64,000 nt of DNA, from positions 64,001-128,000 of the forward strand of contig JAWVXD010000001.1 in the NCBI GenBank assembly GCA_033723415.1, written 5' to 3'. The translations under genes were made by a program, and so were the position numbers. The stretch's first letter is position 1; every line of letters starts with the position of its first letter. Origin of the DNA: Sulfurospirillaceae bacterium. Lineage in GTDB: Bacteria > Campylobacterota > Campylobacteria > Campylobacterales > Sulfurospirillaceae. Below, in pieces: positions 59,324 to 64,000 of this stretch. The notes below the pieces were generated by a model. It was not told the DNA's origin. It saw only the letters and a program-made list of their open reading frames with translations, and did not search any database.

Positions 59324-60199
59324 ATGACATTTGCCTCTTCATTATTTGAAAAACGTTTTTTTGATCAAAGATTATTTTACATTAAAAGAGATGATCTGCT
59401 ACACCCGGATTTTTCGGGAAATAAAGCCAGAAAATTTGAGTATTTTTTAGCACACGATTTTCCAAAAATCAAAAGAGTCGTAAGTTACGGTTCAAACCAA
59501 TCCAATGCAATGTATTCTCTTTCCGTTTTGGCAAAGATGAAAAACTGGGAATTTGTATATTTTTGTGATCATATCCCGTCATTTTTAAAACAAAATCCTG
59601 TTGGAAATTATAAGTATGCATTACAAAACAAAATGAAAATGTTCGAATCTAAAAATAGGGAACATGAAGCACACTTGCTTGAAGATGAAACAACTTTGGT
59701 CATAGAAGAGGGCGGCAGACAAAAAGAAGCAGAGTTTGGTTTGAAAAATTTAGCTCAAGAGCTTTTGAAAGATATAGAGCGATTTAAAATAAATGATCCT
59801 TATATCTTCTTGCCATCAGGAACAGGCACTACAGCTTTGTTTTTGCAAAAACATCTCCCTTTCAATGTTTATACTTGCAGTACTGTCGGAGGAGATGATT
59901 ACTTGATTGATCAGTGGAAAATGGCAGATGAGGCTATTCATAAGTTTCCCCTTATCTTAAGCTCTGCTAAAAAGTACCACTATGGGAAACTTTACAAAGA
60001 AGCCTATGGGATTTGGGACAAATTAAAAACATCAATGGATGTCGAATTTGATTTGCTGTATGATCCTATTGGGTGGTTAAAGTTCTTAGAAAACATAGAT
60101 AGTATGGAGGGTACACCGATTTACATACATCAAGGCGGATTAAAGGGCAATGAATCAATGCAAGCAAGGTATGAGCGAAAGTATGGTAAAATTATCTAA
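59324..60199 (+). CDS. ACC deaminase / D-cysteine desulfhydrase family PLP enzyme
   Basis: IKRDDLLHPDFSGNKARK, YGSNQSN, PSGTGTT, LYD, IHQGG. Confidence 0.85.
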   Translation: MTFASSLFEKRFFDQRLFYIKRDDLLHPDFSGNKARKFEYFLAHDFPKIKRVVSYGSNQSNAMYSLSVLAKMKNWEFVYFCDHIPSFLKQNPVGNYKYALQNKMKMFESKNREHEAHLLEDETTLVIEEGGRQKEAEFGLKNLAQELLKDIERFKINDPYIFLPSGTGTTALFLQKHLPFNVYTCSTVGGDDYLIDQWKMADEAIHKFPLILSSAKKYHYGKLYKEAYGIWDKLKTSMDVEFDLLYDPIGWLKFLENIDSMEGTPIYIHQGGLKGNESMQARYERKYGKII

Positions 60200-60218
60200 A
60201 GAATTACGAGGAATTTAG

Positions 60219-61505
60219 ATGCAGATATTAAAAACAAATGATAAAAACTTTAGCACAGAATTTGAAAAACTTCTTGGACGCGGTAAGATGGATATGGAAC
60301 AAGTTTCCAAAATTGTCACCGGTATTATAGATGAAATCAAAAAAGATGGTAATGAAGCTCTCAAAAATCACATTAAAAAATTTGATAATTGGGAAGTTAA
60401 AAGCGATAAAGAACTTGAAATTTGTGTTGATGATATGAAAAAAGCTTTTGATTCACTTGATATTGAATTAAAAAAATCTCTACAACTTGCATATGAGCGT
60501 ATAAAAGCGTACCACCAAAAACTTATGCCAAGTACTTGGATGGAAAAAGATAAATACGGTTCGGTATTAGGGCAAAAGATTACAGCCGTAGATAAAGCCG
60601 GTCTTTATATCCCCGGCGGCAAAGCAGCCTATCCAAGTTCGCTTCTCATGAATGCGATCCCGGCTATAGTCGCGGGAGTCGAAGAGATCGTGGTCTGTAC
60701 TCCGGCACCTGGCAATGAGCTCAATTCTCTTCTTTTGGCAGCGATGCACTTGTGCGGCATCCAAAAAGCTTTTAAAGTAGGCGGAGCGAGTGCAATAGCA
60801 GCCATGGCGTATGGTACGCAGAGCATCCCAAAAGTAGATGTGATCACTGGACCCGGCAATATCTTTGTAGCAACCGCTAAAAAGCTAGTTTACGGTGAAG
60901 TGAATATCGACATGATCGCAGGACCAAGTGAGATCGGCGTACTAGCAGATGAGAGTGCCGATGCAAATTTACTAGCGATCGATCTCTTAAGTCAAGCCGA
61001 ACATGACGAGATGGCAAGCTCGATCCTCATCACTACCAGTGAAAATATTGCAACTCAAACGATCAAAGAGATCGAAAACTGGCTCGGAAAACTAGGTAGA
61101 GAAAAGATAGCCAGAACTTCGATAGAAAACAGAGGTGCTATCATCATAACCAAAGATATGGATGAAGCCATCACGCTTATGAACGAGATAGCCCCAGAAC
61201 ACTTGGAAGTGATGTGTGAAAATCCTATGGACTTTTTACCTCAAATCAAACACGCAGGAGCGATATTTTTGGGACGCTATACCCCAGAACCTATAGGAGA
61301 TTACATAGCAGGACCGAATCACACCTTACCTACAGGTGGAACTGCGAAGTTTTACTCACCGCTAAGCGTAGATAACTTCATAAAAAAATCTTCTATAATC
61401 TCAATGAGCGAAGAGGGCATAAAAAGAATAGGCAAAGAGTGTGAGATGTTAGCAAAAGCTGAAGGCTTAGGAGCACACGCTGCTTCTGTTAGAGAAAGAT
61501 TATAA
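60219..61505 (+). CDS. hisD: Histidinol dehydrogenase
   Basis: GLYIPGG, GPGNIFV, IDMIAGPSE, QAEHD, APEHLE, GPNHTLPT. Confidence 0.95.
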   Translation: MQILKTNDKNFSTEFEKLLGRGKMDMEQVSKIVTGIIDEIKKDGNEALKNHIKKFDNWEVKSDKELEICVDDMKKAFDSLDIELKKSLQLAYERIKAYHQKLMPSTWMEKDKYGSVLGQKITAVDKAGLYIPGGKAAYPSSLLMNAIPAIVAGVEEIVVCTPAPGNELNSLLLAAMHLCGIQKAFKVGGASAIAAMAYGTQSIPKVDVITGPGNIFVATAKKLVYGEVNIDMIAGPSEIGVLADESADANLLAIDLLSQAEHDEMASSILITTSENIATQTIKEIENWLGKLGREKIARTSIENRGAIIITKDMDEAITLMNEIAPEHLEVMCENPMDFLPQIKHAGAIFLGRYTPEPIGDYIAGPNHTLPTGGTAKFYSPLSVDNFIKKSSIISMSEEGIKRIGKECEMLAKAEGLGAHAASVRERL

Positions 61506-61517
61506 ATATATAATTTG

Positions 61518-61548
61518 AAAAGGCTTGGATTCTATATCTAAGCCTTTT
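61518..61548. terminator. Bidirectional terminator between convergent hisD and TAXI genes
   Basis: AAAAGGCTTGGAT-TCTAT-ATCTAAGCCTTTT with A/T tails. Confidence 0.65.
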
Positions 61549-62818
61549 GTAATAACTTTTCTATTTTCCCCAAGATAAGATTGGCGTGTACTTTCAGATC
61601 ATAGTATTCTCCCATATAGGAGAGTGGAATTTTCGTATCTTTTTGAATCTCATTTAGCATTTTAGTTAAATCCCTCTGAATCGTTAGTAGCTCTTCTCTT
61701 TTTGCGATTAGAAGTTTTGAATCCACTTCATGAAGAATTTTATACCATTTATATATTTGTGATCTTATCCTCCATCTGTATAACGGCAATACCCCTTTGA
61801 TAAGCGGGAAAAGCAGTGTCAAAAGAGGTATGATCATGATAGTGAGTCTTTCTATGGTATTTGCAATCCAAAAGGGCAGTATTTTCTCTAAAAAACTATC
61901 TCCTTTTAGAAGGTACCTTTTTGCATCCTTGCTTATAGGAATCTGTGTGTACTTATAAGTAGGAAACTCATTTTGCGATGAAAATATTGATGATGGAGAA
62001 TGTACTTTTATAGCGGCTCTTAAAAGCAGTTTTACTAGCACAGGATGTAATGTTTTTACAGATACCAATGTAGCAGTGGTCCCCAATAATACCTTATCAG
62101 AAGAAGGTATATTTTTCTCTAGACTGACAACGCCTTCACCGAGACTTAAAGAAGAAAGATATGGAAATTTTTTGCTGTATGCATTTGCTCTTTTAAAACT
62201 GAATAATTTTACATCTTTGTCTGATAATAGATCCTGAACTTTGCTTGAATTTGGTGATATGACGCTAAATATTGCATCGACTTTGCCATTTTTTAATGCT
62301 TGATGAGGATCTTGATTTTTTAAATCAACAAAATTTGTATTGGAACTGTTTATGTTATTTTCTCCTAGTAAAACAAGAGCCAATGCTCTAGTACCGCTTC
62401 CGACATCTCCAATGTAAAGATTTTTGCCTTTGAGCTGATATAGATATTTTAAATCTTTGATCCCTTTGTAAAATATCCAAAGTGGTTCATAGTAGATACT
62501 GCAAAGAGAGTTTAAATTTTGTATATCTTTTGTGCCGGCAGTTCCACCTTGCACAAAGGCTACATCTACTTTGTGTCTCTCTAAGAGCGAGAGAGCTTCT
62601 ACTGAGCCTGCAGTTGGGATAACCTGCAGATCAAAGTTTTCTTTTTTCAATATTTTTTTGTATTCAAGTGCATATTTGTAGTAAGAGCCTGTTGTCTTTC
62701 CTGTTGCTATCTTTATTGTTCGTGGAGCAGGTGGTTCTATAAACTGATATGAAAAAATTCCAACTGCTAAAACGATCAAGATAAATGGAAATAAAACCTT
62801 ACACCAATCACACTTCAT
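61538..62818 (-). CDS. TAXI-family TRAP solute-binding protein with membrane anchors
   Basis: IATGKTTGSYY, TAGSVEAL, AFVQGG, YYEPLWIF, GSGT; C-terminal TM followed by YRWRIRSQIYKWY. Confidence 0.8.
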   Translation of the reverse strand: MKCDWCKVLFPFILIVLAVGIFSYQFIEPPAPRTIKIATGKTTGSYYKYALEYKKILKKENFDLQVIPTAGSVEALSLLERHKVDVAFVQGGTAGTKDIQNLNSLCSIYYEPLWIFYKGIKDLKYLYQLKGKNLYIGDVGSGTRALALVLLGENNINSSNTNFVDLKNQDPHQALKNGKVDAIFSVISPNSSKVQDLLSDKDVKLFSFKRANAYSKKFPYLSSLSLGEGVVSLEKNIPSSDKVLLGTTATLVSVKTLHPVLVKLLLRAAIKVHSPSSIFSSQNEFPTYKYTQIPISKDAKRYLLKGDSFLEKILPFWIANTIERLTIMIIPLLTLLFPLIKGVLPLYRWRIRSQIYKWYKILHEVDSKLLIAKREELLTIQRDLTKMLNEIQKDTKIPLSYMGEYYDLKVHANLILGKIEKLLQKA

Positions 62819-62819
62819 A

Positions 62820-63950
<1,131 letters not shown>

Positions 63951-64000
63951 TTATTTTGTTGGTAGCATTTTATCTAAATATTTACCATAATATAAATTTT

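Overview
AT-rich bacterial chromosome window, most likely Campylobacterota (Sulfurospirillum/Sulfurovum/Sulfurimonas-like). This is inferred from the PEB4-type PPIase next to fbaA and the nadE-degT-lpxK-argB-thrC-kdsB gene order. Left end (1-9.5 kb): a minus-strand Pel-like exopolysaccharide operon (SPOR-TolC, pelF, pelG, OmpA lipoprotein, large polytopic membrane protein, and an HD-GYP-type gene that runs off the window and is missing from the ORF track). After four housekeeping genes, about 13.3-44.5 kb is a mosaic accessory region. It holds glnS-YqeY and a retron-type reverse transcriptase fused to a C-terminal RNase H-like/DUF3800-like domain, preceded by its own promoter and a very compact (~80 nt) a1/a2-bounded ncRNA candidate. 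It also holds a DinJ/YafQ TA pair, an integrase-less integron cassette array (putative attI, four cassettes including an empty 61-bp one), and a PBP + GGDEF/EAL islet bounded by an ~80-bp duplication of the ygjP-like 3' end. Further right are an acsA-pdhABC-ACP operon lacking E3, an N-type ATPase split into two divergent half-operons, polX, and a minimal lsrG-like/aldolase/lsrK cluster. The right 20 kb is ordinary core genome. All calls come from motif reading by eye; no database searches were run.
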